Shown: one piece after another, positions 50,024 to 60,477 of the stretch | Position numbering within the stretch: position 1 is the first letter of the stretch | Layout: every line of letters begins with the position of its first letter | From: an uncultured Alphaproteobacteria bacterium | GTDB lineage: Bacteria > Pseudomonadota > Alphaproteobacteria > Acetobacterales > Acetobacteraceae | Assembly (NCBI GenBank): GCA_963696195.1 | Contig: OY968826.1 | Coordinates: forward strand, 2,829,101-2,893,100 | Direction of reading: 5' to 3' | DNA: 64,000 nt | The notes under the pieces: model-generated | Seen by the model: only the letters and a program-made list of their open reading frames with translations | Told to the model about the DNA's origin: nothing | Databases searched by the model: none | Program-made: the position numbers and the translations under genes

Positions 50024-51397
50024 ATGTTCGACACGCTGTCGGGCAAATTAGGTGAGGTTTTTGACCGGCTCCGCCGCAGGGGGAGCTTGTCCGAGGCGGA
50101 TGTGGCCGAGGCGCTGCGGGAAATCCGCCTGGCGTTGCTGGATGCTGACGTCGCGTTGCCGGTGGTGAAAGACTTTATCGCCACGGTGAAGGAAAAATCC
50201 GTGGGCGCGGAAGTGCTGCGCTCGGTCTCGCCGGGGCAGATGGTTGTCAAAATCGTCAACGATGCGCTGGTTGAGGCGCTCGGCGGCACGGTGGTGCCGA
50301 TCAACCTGCTGGCCCCCTCGCCTATTCCCATCCTCATGGTTGGTTTGCAGGGTTCGGGTAAGACCACGACCTCGGGCAAGCTGGCGCTGCGGCTGCGCAC
50401 GCGCGAGCGCAAAAAAGTGCTGCTGGCGAGTTTGGATACGCAGCGGCCGGCGGCGCAGTTGCAGTTGGAGCAGTTGGCGCAGCGCGCCGAGGTAGCCAGC
50501 CTGCCGATTATCGCCGGGCAGACGCCGATGCAGATTGCGCAGCGGGCCATGGATGTGGCGCGGCGCGAAGTTTTTGACGTGGTGATTTTGGATACCGCGG
50601 GGCGGCTGTCCATCGACGCGGCGCTGATGGAGGAGGTGAAATCCATCCGGTTTGCCGTGAACCCGGTGGAAACGCTGCTGGTGGTCGACGCCATGACCGG
50701 CCAGGACGCGGTGACCACCGCCACCGCCTTTAACCAGGCGCTGGGGATTACCGGCATTGTGATGACCCGCCTCGACGGCGATGCCCGTGGGGGTGCGGCG
50801 CTCTCGATGCGCGCGGTGACCGGCGCGCCGATCAAGCTGGCGGGTACGGGCGAGAAGCTGGATGCGCTGGATGAGTTCAACCCGGAGCGGATTGCCGGGC
50901 GGATTCTCGGCATGGGCGACATTGTCGGCCTGGTGGAGCGGGCGGCGCAGAATATCGACCAGGTGGAAGCCGAGAAGCTCGCCAAGCGCATGGCGAAGGG
51001 CAAGTTCGACCTGGACGATTATGCCTCGCAGTTGAAGCAGATTTCCAAAATGGGGTCGCTGTCGGGGATTCTGGGCATGTTGCCCGGCGTCGGCAAGATC
51101 AAGAAGCAGATCGAGGATGCGAACCTCGATACCACCATGTTCAAGCGTCAGGCCGCGATCATCAGCTCGATGACCAAGGCCGAACGCCGCAATCCGGATT
51201 TGTTGAAGGCCAGCCGCAAGAAGCGGGTGGCGGCGGGGTCCGGGACATCCGTGCAGGAGGTCAACAAGCTGCTGAAACAGTTTGATGACATGTCCACCAT
51301 GATGAAACGCATGAATAAAGCCGGCGGCCAGGAGGCGATGATGCGCCAGATGCAGGCCGCGATGGGGGGCGCCAAAGGAGGGCGCCGGCCGTTTTAA
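50024..51397 (+). CDS. ffh: Signal recognition particle protein
   Basis: GLQGSGKTT, DTAGR, TRLDGDARGG, M-domain. Confidence 0.97.
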   Translation: MFDTLSGKLGEVFDRLRRRGSLSEADVAEALREIRLALLDADVALPVVKDFIATVKEKSVGAEVLRSVSPGQMVVKIVNDALVEALGGTVVPINLLAPSPIPILMVGLQGSGKTTTSGKLALRLRTRERKKVLLASLDTQRPAAQLQLEQLAQRAEVASLPIIAGQTPMQIAQRAMDVARREVFDVVILDTAGRLSIDAALMEEVKSIRFAVNPVETLLVVDAMTGQDAVTTATAFNQALGITGIVMTRLDGDARGGAALSMRAVTGAPIKLAGTGEKLDALDEFNPERIAGRILGMGDIVGLVERAAQNIDQVEAEKLAKRMAKGKFDLDDYASQLKQISKMGSLSGILGMLPGVGKIKKQIEDANLDTTMFKRQAAIISSMTKAERRNPDLLKASRKKRVAAGSGTSVQEVNKLLKQFDDMSTMMKRMNKAGGQEAMMRQMQAAMGGAKGGRRPF

Positions 51398-51428
51398 GTT
51401 TTTTACTGTTTAACCTTGAGGAGTTACC

Positions 51429-51770
51429 ATGTCCGTTAAAATTCGTCTGTCGCGCGGCGGCGCCAAGAAGCGCCCGTTCTACCATATCGTCATCTCCGAT
51501 GCGAACAGCCCGCGCGATGGCAAGTTCATTGAGCGCGTTGGCACCTATAACCCAATGCTGCCGGCTGACCATGCCGACCGCGTGAAGCTGGTGACCGAGC
51601 GCCTGGCGCATTGGATCGCCAACGGCGCGCAGCCGACCGATCGCGTTGCCAAGTTCCTCGGCAAGGCCGGGCTGATCCCGATGCCGGTGTATCCGGAACA
51701 GCCGAAGCAGTCCCTGCCGAAGAAGAAGGCGCAGGAACGTGCCGCCGAGCGCGCGAAAGCCGCCGCTTAA
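51429..51770 (+). CDS. rpsP: 30S ribosomal protein S16
   Basis: [31 protein letters not shown]. Confidence 0.97.
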   Translation: MSVKIRLSRGGAKKRPFYHIVISDANSPRDGKFIERVGTYNPMLPADHADRVKLVTERLAHWIANGAQPTDRVAKFLGKAGLIPMPVYPEQPKQSLPKKKAQERAAERAKAAA

Positions 51771-51786
51771 AGCATAAGGCAGTTAG

Positions 51787-52296
51787 GTGAACGAGCAGTT
51801 GATCCTGATGGGCGTGATCGGCAAGCCACATGGCGTGCGGGGACTCCTGCGCGTCAACTGCTTTGCCGGGGACCCAGAGGCGCTGGCGGAATACCCGCTG
51901 AGCGACCGCACCGGCCGCCGGTTCTCGCTGGAATGGATGCACGACAATGTCGCGCAGCTGAGCGAGGTCACGGCCACGGGGAAACGCGCGATCACCGACC
52001 GCAACGAGGCGGAAAAGCTTACCAATACCGAGCTTTTTGCGCCGCGCGCGGCACTGCCAGCACCTGATGCGGAAGAATTCTACCTCGCCGACCTTATTGG
52101 CATGAAAGCCCGTAACGAGGCCGGAGTGGAGATCGGCAGCATCACCGCCGTGCATGACTACGGCGCCGGCACCAGCCTGGAGATTTCTCCGGGCGCGCTG
52201 CTGGTGCCCTTTACCCGCGCCGCCGTGCCGGTGGTGGATATCGCCGCCGGATATGCCGTCGTGGTGCCGCCGGTTGAAGTGGTGGTGCCGTCATGA
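51787..52296 (+). CDS. rimM: Ribosome maturation factor RimM
   Basis: [32 protein letters not shown]. Confidence 0.93.
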   Translation: MNEQLILMGVIGKPHGVRGLLRVNCFAGDPEALAEYPLSDRTGRRFSLEWMHDNVAQLSEVTATGKRAITDRNEAEKLTNTELFAPRAALPAPDAEEFYLADLIGMKARNEAGVEIGSITAVHDYGAGTSLEISPGALLVPFTRAAVPVVDIAAGYAVVVPPVEVVVPS

Positions 52297-52994
52297 CCTG
52301 GCGCGCCGATGTGCTGACCATTTTCCCCTCCATGTTTCCGGGGCCGCTGGGTGAGTCCCTGGCGGGCAAGGCGCTGGAGGCTGGAACCTGGGCGCTGAAA
52401 GTCACGGATATCCGCGACTTTGGCTTAGGCCGCCACCGCAGCGTGGACGACACGCCGTTCGGCGGCGGGGCCGGAATGGTCATGCGGCCGGATGTGCTGG
52501 ACGCCGCCATTGGGTCGGTCGCGGATGAGCGCCCGCTCATCGTACTCACCCCGCGCGGCAAGCCGCTGACGCAAAAGCGGGTGCGGGAACTGGCCGAAGG
52601 GCCGGGGGTTATCCTGCTCTGCGGACGCTTTGAAGGTATCGACCAGCGGGTGATCGAAGCCCGCCAGGCGGAGGAAATTTCCATCGGGGACTATGTGCTC
52701 TCCGGCGGGGAAATTGCTTCCCTGGTGCTGCTCGATGCCGCCATCCGCCTGCTGCCGGGCGTTATGGGTGCTGCCGATAGCGCCGTGGAGGAAAGCTTCT
52801 CCTCGCCGCTGCTGGAATACCCGCATTATACCCGCCCTGCCGTTTGGGCGGATCGCGCCGTGCCGGAAACACTCGCCTCCGGCAACCACGCCGCCATCGC
52901 CGCCTGGCGGTTGGAGGCAGCGCGGCAAACCACCAAAACCCGCAGACCGGACCTGTACAACCAATACATTGCATCTGGTGCCCAGGCACCCTAA
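52293..52994 (+). CDS. trmD: tRNA (guanine-N1)-methyltransferase
   Basis: [40 protein letters not shown]. Confidence 0.96.
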   Translation: MTWRADVLTIFPSMFPGPLGESLAGKALEAGTWALKVTDIRDFGLGRHRSVDDTPFGGGAGMVMRPDVLDAAIGSVADERPLIVLTPRGKPLTQKRVRELAEGPGVILLCGRFEGIDQRVIEARQAEEISIGDYVLSGGEIASLVLLDAAIRLLPGVMGAADSAVEESFSSPLLEYPHYTRPAVWADRAVPETLASGNHAAIAAWRLEAARQTTKTRRPDLYNQYIASGAQAP

Positions 52995-53021
52995 ACACCG
53001 CTTTCGAAAAGGACCTCGACC

Positions 53022-53405
53022 ATGAACATTATCCAGACCATCGACGCCGAACAGATCGCCAAGCTCACCGCCGGCAAACCTATCCCGCCGTTCGCCCCCG
53101 GTGATACCGTGCGCGTCAGCGTCAACGTTAAGGAAGGCGAACGCTCGCGCGTCCAGGCCTTCGAAGGCGTCTGCATCGCCCGCTCCAACCGCGGCATCAA
53201 CTCCTCCTTCACCGTGCGGAAAATCTCCTACGGCGAAGGCGTGGAACGTATCTTCCAGCTCTACGCGCCCACCATCTCGGAAATCCACGTGATGCGCCGG
53301 GGCGACGTGCGCCGCGCTAAACTCTACTACCTGCGCGGCCGCCGCGGCAAATCCGCCCGTATCGCCGAAAAAGCCCGCGAAGTTGAAGCCGCTCCGGCTG
53401 AGTAA
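53022..53405 (+). CDS. rplS: 50S ribosomal protein L19
   Basis: [26 protein letters not shown]. Confidence 0.97.
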   Translation: MNIIQTIDAEQIAKLTAGKPIPPFAPGDTVRVSVNVKEGERSRVQAFEGVCIARSNRGINSSFTVRKISYGEGVERIFQLYAPTISEIHVMRRGDVRRAKLYYLRGRRGKSARIAEKAREVEAAPAE

Positions 53406-53510
53406 GCAAGGTTAGGGGGTCTCTGCCTCCCAAAACTCGTAACTAATGGATTCCAAAGGCTAGCCTTTGGCGGGGGTCCAGGGGGGCAGAGCCCCTTGGC
53501 CTTCCTTACT
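53401..53510. repeat. Inverted pair of the ~65-bp repeat: degenerate forward half-copy (53401-53431) plus full reverse copy (53445-53510)
   Basis: Reverse complement AGTAAGGAAGGCCAAGGGGCTCTGCCCCCCTGGACCCCCGCCAAAGGCTAGCCTTTGGAATCCATT closely matches 47973-48035. Confidence 0.8.
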
Positions 53511-53527
53511 CAGGAGGACCAGCTTCG

Positions 53528-54931
53528 ATGTCACGGACTTTGTTTGACAAGATTTGGGATGCGCATGTGGTGGAGCGCATGGGTGATGGCACTTGTGTGC
53601 TGTATATTGACCGGCATCTTGTGCATGAAGTGACCTCGCCGCAGGCGTTTGAGGGGTTAAAGCTGGCGGGGCGCAAGGTTCGGCGCGTGGATGAGACGAT
53701 TGCGGTGGTGGACCATAATATTCCCACTGATGCGGACCGGCTGAACGGCATTAACGAGCCGGAGAGCAAGCTGCAGATTGAGACGCTGGAGGCGAATGTC
53801 GCGGCGTTTGGGGTGCCGTATTTTCCGGTGAGCGACGCGCGGCAGGGCATTGTGCATGTCATTGGGCCGGAGCAGGGAATTTCGCTGCCGGGGTTCACCA
53901 TTGTTTGCGGGGATTCGCACACCAGCACGCATGGCGCGCTGGGGGCGCTGGCGTTTGGCATTGGCACCTCCGAGGTTGAGCATGTGCTGGCGACGCAGAC
54001 GCTGTTGCAGAAGCCGGCGAAGAACATGCTGGTGCGGGTGGATGGCGTGTTGCCGCCCGGCTGCACTGGCAAGGATATTGTGCTGGCGATTATCGGCAAG
54101 ATCGGCACCGCTGGCGGCACCGGGCATGTGATTGAGTTTGGCGGCGAGGCGATAAGGGCGCTGGACATGGCCGGGCGGCTGACGGTTTGCAACATGAGCA
54201 TCGAGGCGGGCGCGCGGGCTGGGCTGATTGCGCCGGATGAGACGACTTTTGAGTACATCAAAGGCCGGCCGTATGCGCCGAAGGGGGCGGATTTTGAGGC
54301 CGCCGTGGCGTATTGGAAGACGCTGCCGAGCGATGCGGACGCGCATTACGACAAGGTTGTGGTGCTGGATGCGGCGGCGATTGCGCCGCAGGTGACGTGG
54401 GGCACCAGCCCCGAGACCGTGGTGCCAATTACCGGCGTGGTGCCGGACCCGGCCAACGAGCCGGATGAGGGCCGCCGCGCGCAGTTGCAGCAGATGCTGC
54501 GTTATATGGATTTGGCGCCGGGGCAGAAATTGGCGGGGACCAAGGTGGATGTGGTGTTCATCGGCTCCTGCACCAACTCCCGCATTGAGGACTTGCGCGC
54601 CGCCGCAGCCGTGGCCAAGGGCCGCCATGTGGCGCCAAACGTGCGCGCCCTGGTGGTGCCAGGCTCTGGGTTGGTGAAGGCGCAGGCCGAAGCTGAAGGT
54701 CTGGCGCGGATATTTCTGGATGCCGGGTTTGAATGGCGCGAGGCGGGATGCTCGATGTGCCTGGGCATGAACCCGGACAGACTGACGCCGGGGCAGCGTT
54801 GCGCCAGCACGTCCAACCGCAACTTTGAGGGCCGCCAGGGGCCGGGTGGGCGCACGCATTTGCTCTCCCCCGCCATGGCCGCCGCCGCCGCCGTGACCGG
54901 CGTGCTCACCGATGTTAGGGAGCTTGTGTAA
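53528..54931 (+). CDS. leuC: 3-isopropylmalate dehydratase large subunit
   Basis: [41 protein letters not shown]. Confidence 0.97.
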   Translation: MSRTLFDKIWDAHVVERMGDGTCVLYIDRHLVHEVTSPQAFEGLKLAGRKVRRVDETIAVVDHNIPTDADRLNGINEPESKLQIETLEANVAAFGVPYFPVSDARQGIVHVIGPEQGISLPGFTIVCGDSHTSTHGALGALAFGIGTSEVEHVLATQTLLQKPAKNMLVRVDGVLPPGCTGKDIVLAIIGKIGTAGGTGHVIEFGGEAIRALDMAGRLTVCNMSIEAGARAGLIAPDETTFEYIKGRPYAPKGADFEAAVAYWKTLPSDADAHYDKVVVLDAAAIAPQVTWGTSPETVVPITGVVPDPANEPDEGRRAQLQQMLRYMDLAPGQKLAGTKVDVVFIGSCTNSRIEDLRAAAAVAKGRHVAPNVRALVVPGSGLVKAQAEAEGLARIFLDAGFEWREAGCSMCLGMNPDRLTPGQRCASTSNRNFEGRQGPGGRTHLLSPAMAAAAAVTGVLTDVRELV

Positions 54932-55545
54932 TGGATAAATTCACCCTCCTCACCGCCACGGTGGCGCCATTGAATTTGGCGAATGTGGATACGGATAAAA
55001 TTATTCCGGCGCGGTTCTTGAAAACCATCAAGCGCAGCGGGCTGGGCGTGAGCTTGTTTTCGGACCTGCGGTATAATGCGGATGGTTCAGAGAAGCCGGA
55101 GTTTGTGCTGAATCAGCCGAAATATCGTAAGGCGGAAATTCTGGTGGCGGGCGAGAATTTTGGTTGTGGCTCCTCGCGCGAGCATGCGCCCTGGGCGCTG
55201 CGGGATTTTGGCATCCGTTGCGTGATCGCGCCGAGCTTTGCCGATATTTTCCACGGTAATTGCTTAAAGAATGGCATTTTGCCGATTGTGCTGCCTGCGG
55301 CGGTTTGCGAGCAGTTGATGGAAGATGCGGCGAAGGGCACCAATGCGCGGCTAACCATTGATCTGGAAAAGCAGGTTGTGGTGCGGCCAGATGGCGAGGA
55401 AATTCGTTTTGAAGTCGATGCTTTTAGAAAGCATTGCCTGCTCAACGGGCTGGACGATATTGGCCTGACGCTGGAACATGCCGCCGCGATTGATGCCTAT
55501 GAAGCCAAAACCCCAAGCTGGAAGCCGGCGATTAACGGAGTCTGA
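54931..55545 (+). CDS. leuD: 3-isopropylmalate dehydratase small subunit
   Basis: [24 protein letters not shown]. Confidence 0.97.
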   Translation: MDKFTLLTATVAPLNLANVDTDKIIPARFLKTIKRSGLGVSLFSDLRYNADGSEKPEFVLNQPKYRKAEILVAGENFGCGSSREHAPWALRDFGIRCVIAPSFADIFHGNCLKNGILPIVLPAAVCEQLMEDAAKGTNARLTIDLEKQVVVRPDGEEIRFEVDAFRKHCLLNGLDDIGLTLEHAAAIDAYEAKTPSWKPAINGV

Positions 55546-55550
55546 AAATT

Positions 55551-56657
55551 ATGAGTGCTAGGAAAAATCTGCTGCTGATGGCTGGTGACGGCATCGGCCC
55601 GGAAGTGATGGCGCAGGCGAAGCGCGTGCTGGAATGGCTGCAGAAAACGGGCCGGGTGAATTTTGAAATCACCGAGGATCTGGTGGGTGGTGCTTCCATC
55701 GACGCGCATGGCGTGCCGCTGACTGACGAAGCCCTGGCGCATGCGCTGGCGGCGGATGCGGTGTTGTTTGGCTCCGTCGGCGGGCCGAAGTGGGATACCA
55801 TGCCGTTTGATATCCGCCCCGAGGTGGCGCTACTGAAACTGCGCAAGGAAATGGGCGTGTTCGCTAATTTGCGCCCGGTGAAAGTGTTCGATGCGCTGGT
55901 GGAAGCCAGCTCGCTGAAGCCGGAGTTGGTGCGCGGGCTGGATATTCTGATTGTGCGTGAACTGATCGGCGGCATTTACTTCGGCGAACCGCGCGGGATC
56001 GAGACCCTGCCCGACGGCAGCAAGCGCGGCGTGAACACCGAGGTTTATACCACGGGTGAGATAGAGCGCGTCGGCCGGGTGGCCTTCGACCTCGCGCGCA
56101 AGCGGCAAAACCATGTGTGCAGCGTGGAAAAAGCCAATGTGATGGAGAGCGGGCTGCTCTGGCGCCAAGTGATGACGGCGCTGCACGCGGCCGAATACCC
56201 GGACGTGAAGCTGACCCACATGTACGCCGACAACTGCGCCATGCAACTGGCGAAAAACCCGCGGCAGTTTGACGTGATTGTCACCGGCAATCTGTTCGGC
56301 GATATTCTCTCCGACCTCGCGTCCATGCTCACCGGCTCGCTGGGGCTGCTGCCCTCCGCCACGCTGGGTGCCGTGGACGCGTCTGGCCGCCGCGCGGGGT
56401 TTTATGAGCCGATCCACGGCTCGGCGCCTGATATCGCAGGCAAGGGGCTTGCCAACCCGCTGGCGCAGATCCTCAGCCTGGCGCTGATGCTGCGTTATTC
56501 CTTCGACCAGGAGGCGGAGGCAGCGTTGATCGAACGGGCCGTGGAGAACGTGCTGGCCAAGGGCGGGCGCACGCCGGACATCGCGGCACCCGGCCGGGCG
56601 CGGATTTCCACAGCGGAAATGGGGGATGCGCTGCTCGCAGAGCTGGCCGCGATTTAA
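55551..56657 (+). CDS. leuB: 3-isopropylmalate dehydrogenase
   Basis: [36 protein letters not shown]. Confidence 0.97.
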   Translation: MSARKNLLLMAGDGIGPEVMAQAKRVLEWLQKTGRVNFEITEDLVGGASIDAHGVPLTDEALAHALAADAVLFGSVGGPKWDTMPFDIRPEVALLKLRKEMGVFANLRPVKVFDALVEASSLKPELVRGLDILIVRELIGGIYFGEPRGIETLPDGSKRGVNTEVYTTGEIERVGRVAFDLARKRQNHVCSVEKANVMESGLLWRQVMTALHAAEYPDVKLTHMYADNCAMQLAKNPRQFDVIVTGNLFGDILSDLASMLTGSLGLLPSATLGAVDASGRRAGFYEPIHGSAPDIAGKGLANPLAQILSLALMLRYSFDQEAEAALIERAVENVLAKGGRTPDIAAPGRARISTAEMGDALLAELAAI

Positions 56658-56711
56658 ACACTTAATCGGGGTTGCCGGACGATGCCAGTTCGGTTACACC
56701 CCGCCCACCAA

Positions 56712-56788
56712 GCACCCGTAGCTCAACTGGATAGAGCACCAGACTACGAATCTGGGGGTTAGGGGTTCGACTCCCTTCGGGTGCGCCA
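56712..56788 (+). tRNA. tRNA-Arg (ACG)
   Basis: GCACCCG acceptor stem / CGGGTGC-G-CCA, anticodon arm CCAGA-CT-ACG-AA-TCTGG, GTTCGA T-loop. Confidence 0.96.
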
Positions 56789-57012
56789 TTATCTCCTTCA
56801 AACATAAGAGTTTTTTGGACGGGCGCAGAGCGCGCCACGCGGTGCCGCCGCTTCTGCCCACCACAATCCCCTCGACGGCCCCATTTCGCCGCCGGTCGCC
56901 CGGTGGGACGTGTGCGCGACCGCTGGAGACGTCGCCACGCCCCGTCGTCGCTCACCACTTGACCGCGGCCAGAACTGTTGCCCTCATGGGGTGGATTCCC
57001 GAGGTCCTCCCC

Positions 57013-57870
57013 ATGCTCCCACCCACGTCGATCTTCCGCCGGATGCCCGGCACCCTGGTCCTCTCCCAACGGCGGTTTCTTGGCGCCCTGGCCTACGCGA
57101 GCGACTGCACGGAACTCTCGTTCGAGAGGCTGAAGCAGGCCGCGCGTGCCTACCGCTTGCCCACCTCCGCCGACGGTTACGAAGAGGCTGGGTGGACGCC
57201 GGTGAACCGGCTCAGCATCATCACCGATGCTTGGGCCTGCGTCGATCACCTCAACCGCGCGCGGCAACTTGTGAAGAGGTCCCCGTATGGCAACCCGCGA
57301 CCGCTAGAGGTTGATCCGTTCCTCGCCGCGACGAAGCCCGCCTTGGACATCAGGAACCGGATTCAGCACCTCGACGAGGACATCTTCACCGGCGCGAATT
57401 GCGCCGAAGGGAATCCGGTGCTGGGCGCAGTGTCTTGGGCGGACGCCCGCATCCTTGGGGGTCACCTTCGGTACTCAATTTCATCTGGCCCATCAATCGA
57501 CGGCGGACGCATGGCCGGTACGCAGCTCGCCGATGTGGACGGTGCCGGTGACGTCCTGGACTTCGCGCTCAAGGCGGCGGATCAGACCATACATCTGGAC
57601 GAGACCGTGAAAGCTCTGGCCGCCTTCATGGCCGCGTTCGAGGTGACTGTGGCGCGCGCGGTCACTTCGGGTCTTCGCGAAGCCGCGACACGGCAGGGGG
57701 TGTCGCTCCAAGAACCCCGCCCCCATGGAATCACGGACATGACGATGGCAATGAGGATGAGGCGGAAAGCAGAGGGTGGCTGGGAGTGCGGCAACGGCGA
57801 TGGCTTCGCCTTGGTCGAGGTACCACCCGGTTCTTTCGACATCAGCGAAGCGACCGATGAAGTAGCCTGA
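57013..57870 (+). CDS. Hypothetical protein with HEPN-like Rx4H motif (start uncertain: 56815/56986/57013)
   Basis: Helical N-half with RNRIQH at 57352-57369; GAGGT RBS before ATG 57013. Confidence 0.6.
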   Translation: MLPPTSIFRRMPGTLVLSQRRFLGALAYASDCTELSFERLKQAARAYRLPTSADGYEEAGWTPVNRLSIITDAWACVDHLNRARQLVKRSPYGNPRPLEVDPFLAATKPALDIRNRIQHLDEDIFTGANCAEGNPVLGAVSWADARILGGHLRYSISSGPSIDGGRMAGTQLADVDGAGDVLDFALKAADQTIHLDETVKALAAFMAAFEVTVARAVTSGLREAATRQGVSLQEPRPHGITDMTMAMRMRRKAEGGWECGNGDGFALVEVPPGSFDISEATDEVA

Positions 57871-57882
57871 TGGCTCGGCAGG

Positions 57883-58764
57883 TCAGGTAGTAGGGTTCTC
57901 CTGCAACGCAGCCGAAGCGGAGATCGCCGCAAGCACCCTGGCGAGCGCTTCCGCGAAAGGCCTCGGTGCACCTCCGGGCTCTTCGTCTTCCCAACCGCCC
58001 CGCGCCAGATTCCGGGCGCTCGCGACGGTATGCCGGAGTTGGGCCAATTTCAGGCGGAGATCGAGGAAAGGGTCCCACGCTGCTTCCCGGGTCACCGCCT
58101 CCGGGAATGCCTCCTCTCCGAACGGGTCGTCGGGGTCGTAGGGGTCTTCTTCGAGCCGCTCGGAATTCCGCGCGGTGTAGTCGGTGCGCAAGGCTCTGTG
58201 AGAGGACAGTTGCGCTGCGGCCTCAAGAACTGCATCTGCGCGCAACGCCAGTTGGGTCCCGAACTCTCTTCTCGCCGAGAGCGCCTCGACATGGGCGCCG
58301 ATCACGGTTTCCACTTCGGCCTTCCGGTACATGATCTCCGCACCACTGAAGCGAAGAACCGGGAGACCAGTCTGCACGCGGATCGTTCGTTCGCGCTCAC
58401 GATCTGCTCTGATCTGCTCTGCGTTCTCGGCGTGCCCAATTCGACCGTCACACTCCACGAAGAATGCGAAGCCGGAGAGCTGTGTTACCCCACGAACAGC
58501 GCCAGGGTCGGCACAGACCACCATGAAATCGATTCGGTACTGGCCCACCCAGACTTGTGGGAAGACGATCAACTGGCTGCGAAGGATTACAGCAGGCTCC
58601 TCGGCCATGCCGGTGAGCGCCTCCCGCCAGCCAGGAGCGCGGGCGAACAGCGCGCGGGTGTTCGTACCTGGGCCTCCTTCCAGAATCCGGGCCAAGAGGT
58701 CTTCGGCGGGCGATTCCAGAAGGAGACCTACTGGTGACCATCTTGAGAGAAGTTCGAGACCCAT
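57883..58764 (-). CDS. DUF559/Vsr-like PD-(D/E)xK endonuclease-domain protein with helical C-terminal extension
   Basis: ESPAE, PQVWVGQYRIDF, FVECDG..H, DRERER, VLRFSGAEI. Confidence 0.78.
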   Translation of the reverse strand: MGLELLSRWSPVGLLLESPAEDLLARILEGGPGTNTRALFARAPGWREALTGMAEEPAVILRSQLIVFPQVWVGQYRIDFMVVCADPGAVRGVTQLSGFAFFVECDGRIGHAENAEQIRADRERERTIRVQTGLPVLRFSGAEIMYRKAEVETVIGAHVEALSARREFGTQLALRADAVLEAAAQLSSHRALRTDYTARNSERLEEDPYDPDDPFGEEAFPEAVTREAAWDPFLDLRLKLAQLRHTVASARNLARGGWEDEEPGGAPRPFAEALARVLAAISASAALQENPTT

Positions 58765-58899
58765 TGGAATCCTTGTCGACGCGAGGAAAATCAGAAGCGG
58801 GTGAGTGTCGAACCTAGAGCCGAACCTTCGAGTCGCCTATTCCTCTTTCTGGTTGGTCACTTCCGGACCGAAGACGGCTTGTGGAATTCTTCTCGTTGC

Positions 58900-59169
58900 T
58901 CAACCGGGCTTCCGCCGCTTCCGCCCCGCCGGCAGCGACGGCGGGGCATCGCCCTCCGGCCCGGGGTCGGCGAACAGCGCCGCGATCTCCACGCCCAGCG
59001 CCGCCGCTATCCGCTCCAGCACAGTGACGGTGGGGTTCTCCAGCTTCCTCTCGATCCGGCTCATGTAGGTCCGGTCAACCCCGGCGTCGACGGCGAACGT
59101 CTCCTGCGAGACGCCGCGCGCGACGCGCAGCCGCCTGATGTTCACCGCAACTTTTTCCCGCGCGTCCAT
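58900..59169 (-). CDS. XRE-family HTH transcriptional regulator
   Basis: NIRRLRVARGVSQETFA..VDRTYMSRIER..NPTVTVLERIAAAL. Confidence 0.92.
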   Translation of the reverse strand: MDAREKVAVNIRRLRVARGVSQETFAVDAGVDRTYMSRIERKLENPTVTVLERIAAALGVEIAALFADPGPEGDAPPSLPAGRKRRKPG

Positions 59170-59179
59170 GACGGAGCGA

Positions 59180-59217
59180 GCACATATTGTGCAGGCCTAT
59201 TATTCCACGCATAATAG
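59180..59217. promoter_or_regulatory. Two palindromes in the 52-bp divergent intergenic region
   Basis: GCACA-TAT-TGTGC (59180-59192) and CTATTAT-N7-ATAATAG (59197-59217). Confidence 0.55.
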
Positions 59218-59221
59218 ACCC

Positions 59222-59542
59222 ATGATTACGTGGAACGGCACAGAAATCGGAACCTGGCACTGGTGGATGGCGGTATTGGCCGCGGCATGCACCACGATTC
59301 CGCCGGCCGCCCGCCTCGCGGGGCTGGCAGCGCTCGGCGTCCTGCTGGGGCTCCTCCCCGCGAACCGGCTGCTCACGCGCCTGGGACTGCGGCGCTGGCG
59401 GCTGGCTGCGCTGTTCCTGCCCGGCATCGGGCCGCTCGTCTTCATGTGGCTGGTCGCGTTCTCCGGCGCCCACGACCAAGACGCTCCCGATACCGAACGC
59501 GATGGAAGCGACCTCGGCATGTTGCCCCAGCAGCAGGGCTGA
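59222..59542 (+). CDS. Small hypothetical membrane protein
   Basis: 106 aa, three hydrophobic segments, LFLPGIGPLVFMWLVAF, acidic tail. Confidence 0.55.
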   Translation: MITWNGTEIGTWHWWMAVLAAACTTIPPAARLAGLAALGVLLGLLPANRLLTRLGLRRWRLAALFLPGIGPLVFMWLVAFSGAHDQDAPDTERDGSDLGMLPQQQG

Positions 59543-59610
59543 CGCGGCGAGGAAAAAACGAGGGCGCCCCAACGGCGCACCGGGCGGAGATGCCCAGCGC
59601 GCCGCTTCGA

Positions 59611-59871
59611 TTACATTGCCGGCAATGGCCCGCCGGCCAGCCACGCCCACATGGCCCAGACGCCGGCGGCGGTGAGGATGACGTCGAGTTGGGGGGCAAG
59701 ATGCAGCTCGATCTCGGCGCCGAGCAGCGCCATGGCCGGCGGCAGCATCAGGACGATTTTCACGATGGTCGGCAGGCGGCGCCAGAGGCGCGAGGTCACT
59801 GACCCGGCGGGCGCTGGTACGCCACTCCGCGGACGCACCTCGGTGGCAGCAGACTTTTTCTCTTTCTTCAT
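59611..59871 (-). CDS. Small hypothetical two-TM protein
   Basis: Basic N-terminus MKKEKK then two hydrophobic helices. Confidence 0.45.
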   Translation of the reverse strand: MKKEKKSAATEVRPRSGVPAPAGSVTSRLWRRLPTIVKIVLMLPPAMALLGAEIELHLAPQLDVILTAAGVWAMWAWLAGGPLPAM

Positions 59872-59993
59872 AGTGGTTCCTTTCAAAATAGAGCGTCAGA
59901 ATGTCACTGGAGATCAGAATCAAGCATCCACAGGTCGATTCTTTCTTGACCCGCGGGGACGGGAGCTGTACGTAATTTTGACCTCAAGATCAC

Positions 59994-60374
59994 ATGGAGG
60001 ATCTTGAGAAGAAATTTCTGAGATTTTTTATGGCAGCAGTCACTGATGAGAAAATTCACGAAGTCGCACGAACACTCTGGATGGACGTCTATGAGGACGA
60101 GTTCCGCGGCAAGGAGCGAGGGCGATTTTGTCTCACCCGCCGACAACTCATGGACGCGCTGGGCACGACGCGCCTGCACGCGAGCGCCATCCAGCGCTTG
60201 CAGGATGAGGCGCTGGGGCTGGGTCTCGTGATCATCGATCTCGACGATCTCTTCCCGTGCGTCGAGGTCCGAGTTGCGCGCAGATACCGTAGGCCACCAG
60301 CCGAGGTGTTTTTGAGGCACTTTCCAGGACCGGCGGAGGAGCACGCCGGCGAAGGTGACGACGACGAGCCGTGA
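59994..60374 (+). CDS. Hypothetical protein (possible DNA-binding), acidic tail
   Basis: 126-aa ORF with realistic composition, GKERGRFCLTRRQL, LVIIDLDD; convergent on int. Confidence 0.6.
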   Translation: MEDLEKKFLRFFMAAVTDEKIHEVARTLWMDVYEDEFRGKERGRFCLTRRQLMDALGTTRLHASAIQRLQDEALGLGLVIIDLDDLFPCVEVRVARRYRRPPAEVFLRHFPGPAEEHAGEGDDDEP

Positions 60375-60414
60375 CGCAGGCTCTCCGCGTGCCGTAGCCC
60401 GAGCATCTTTGCTA

Positions 60415-60446
60415 GGTGGGGAAGGCGCTTTGGCGCCTTCCCCACC
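60415..60446. terminator. Perfect 14-bp hairpin between convergent ORF and integrase
   Basis: GGTGGGGAAGGCGC-TTTG-GCGCCTTCCCCACC; no clear U-tract. Confidence 0.6.
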
Positions 60447-60477
60447 TTCGTGCTGGCGGCGCTTCCGACCGCCCTCT

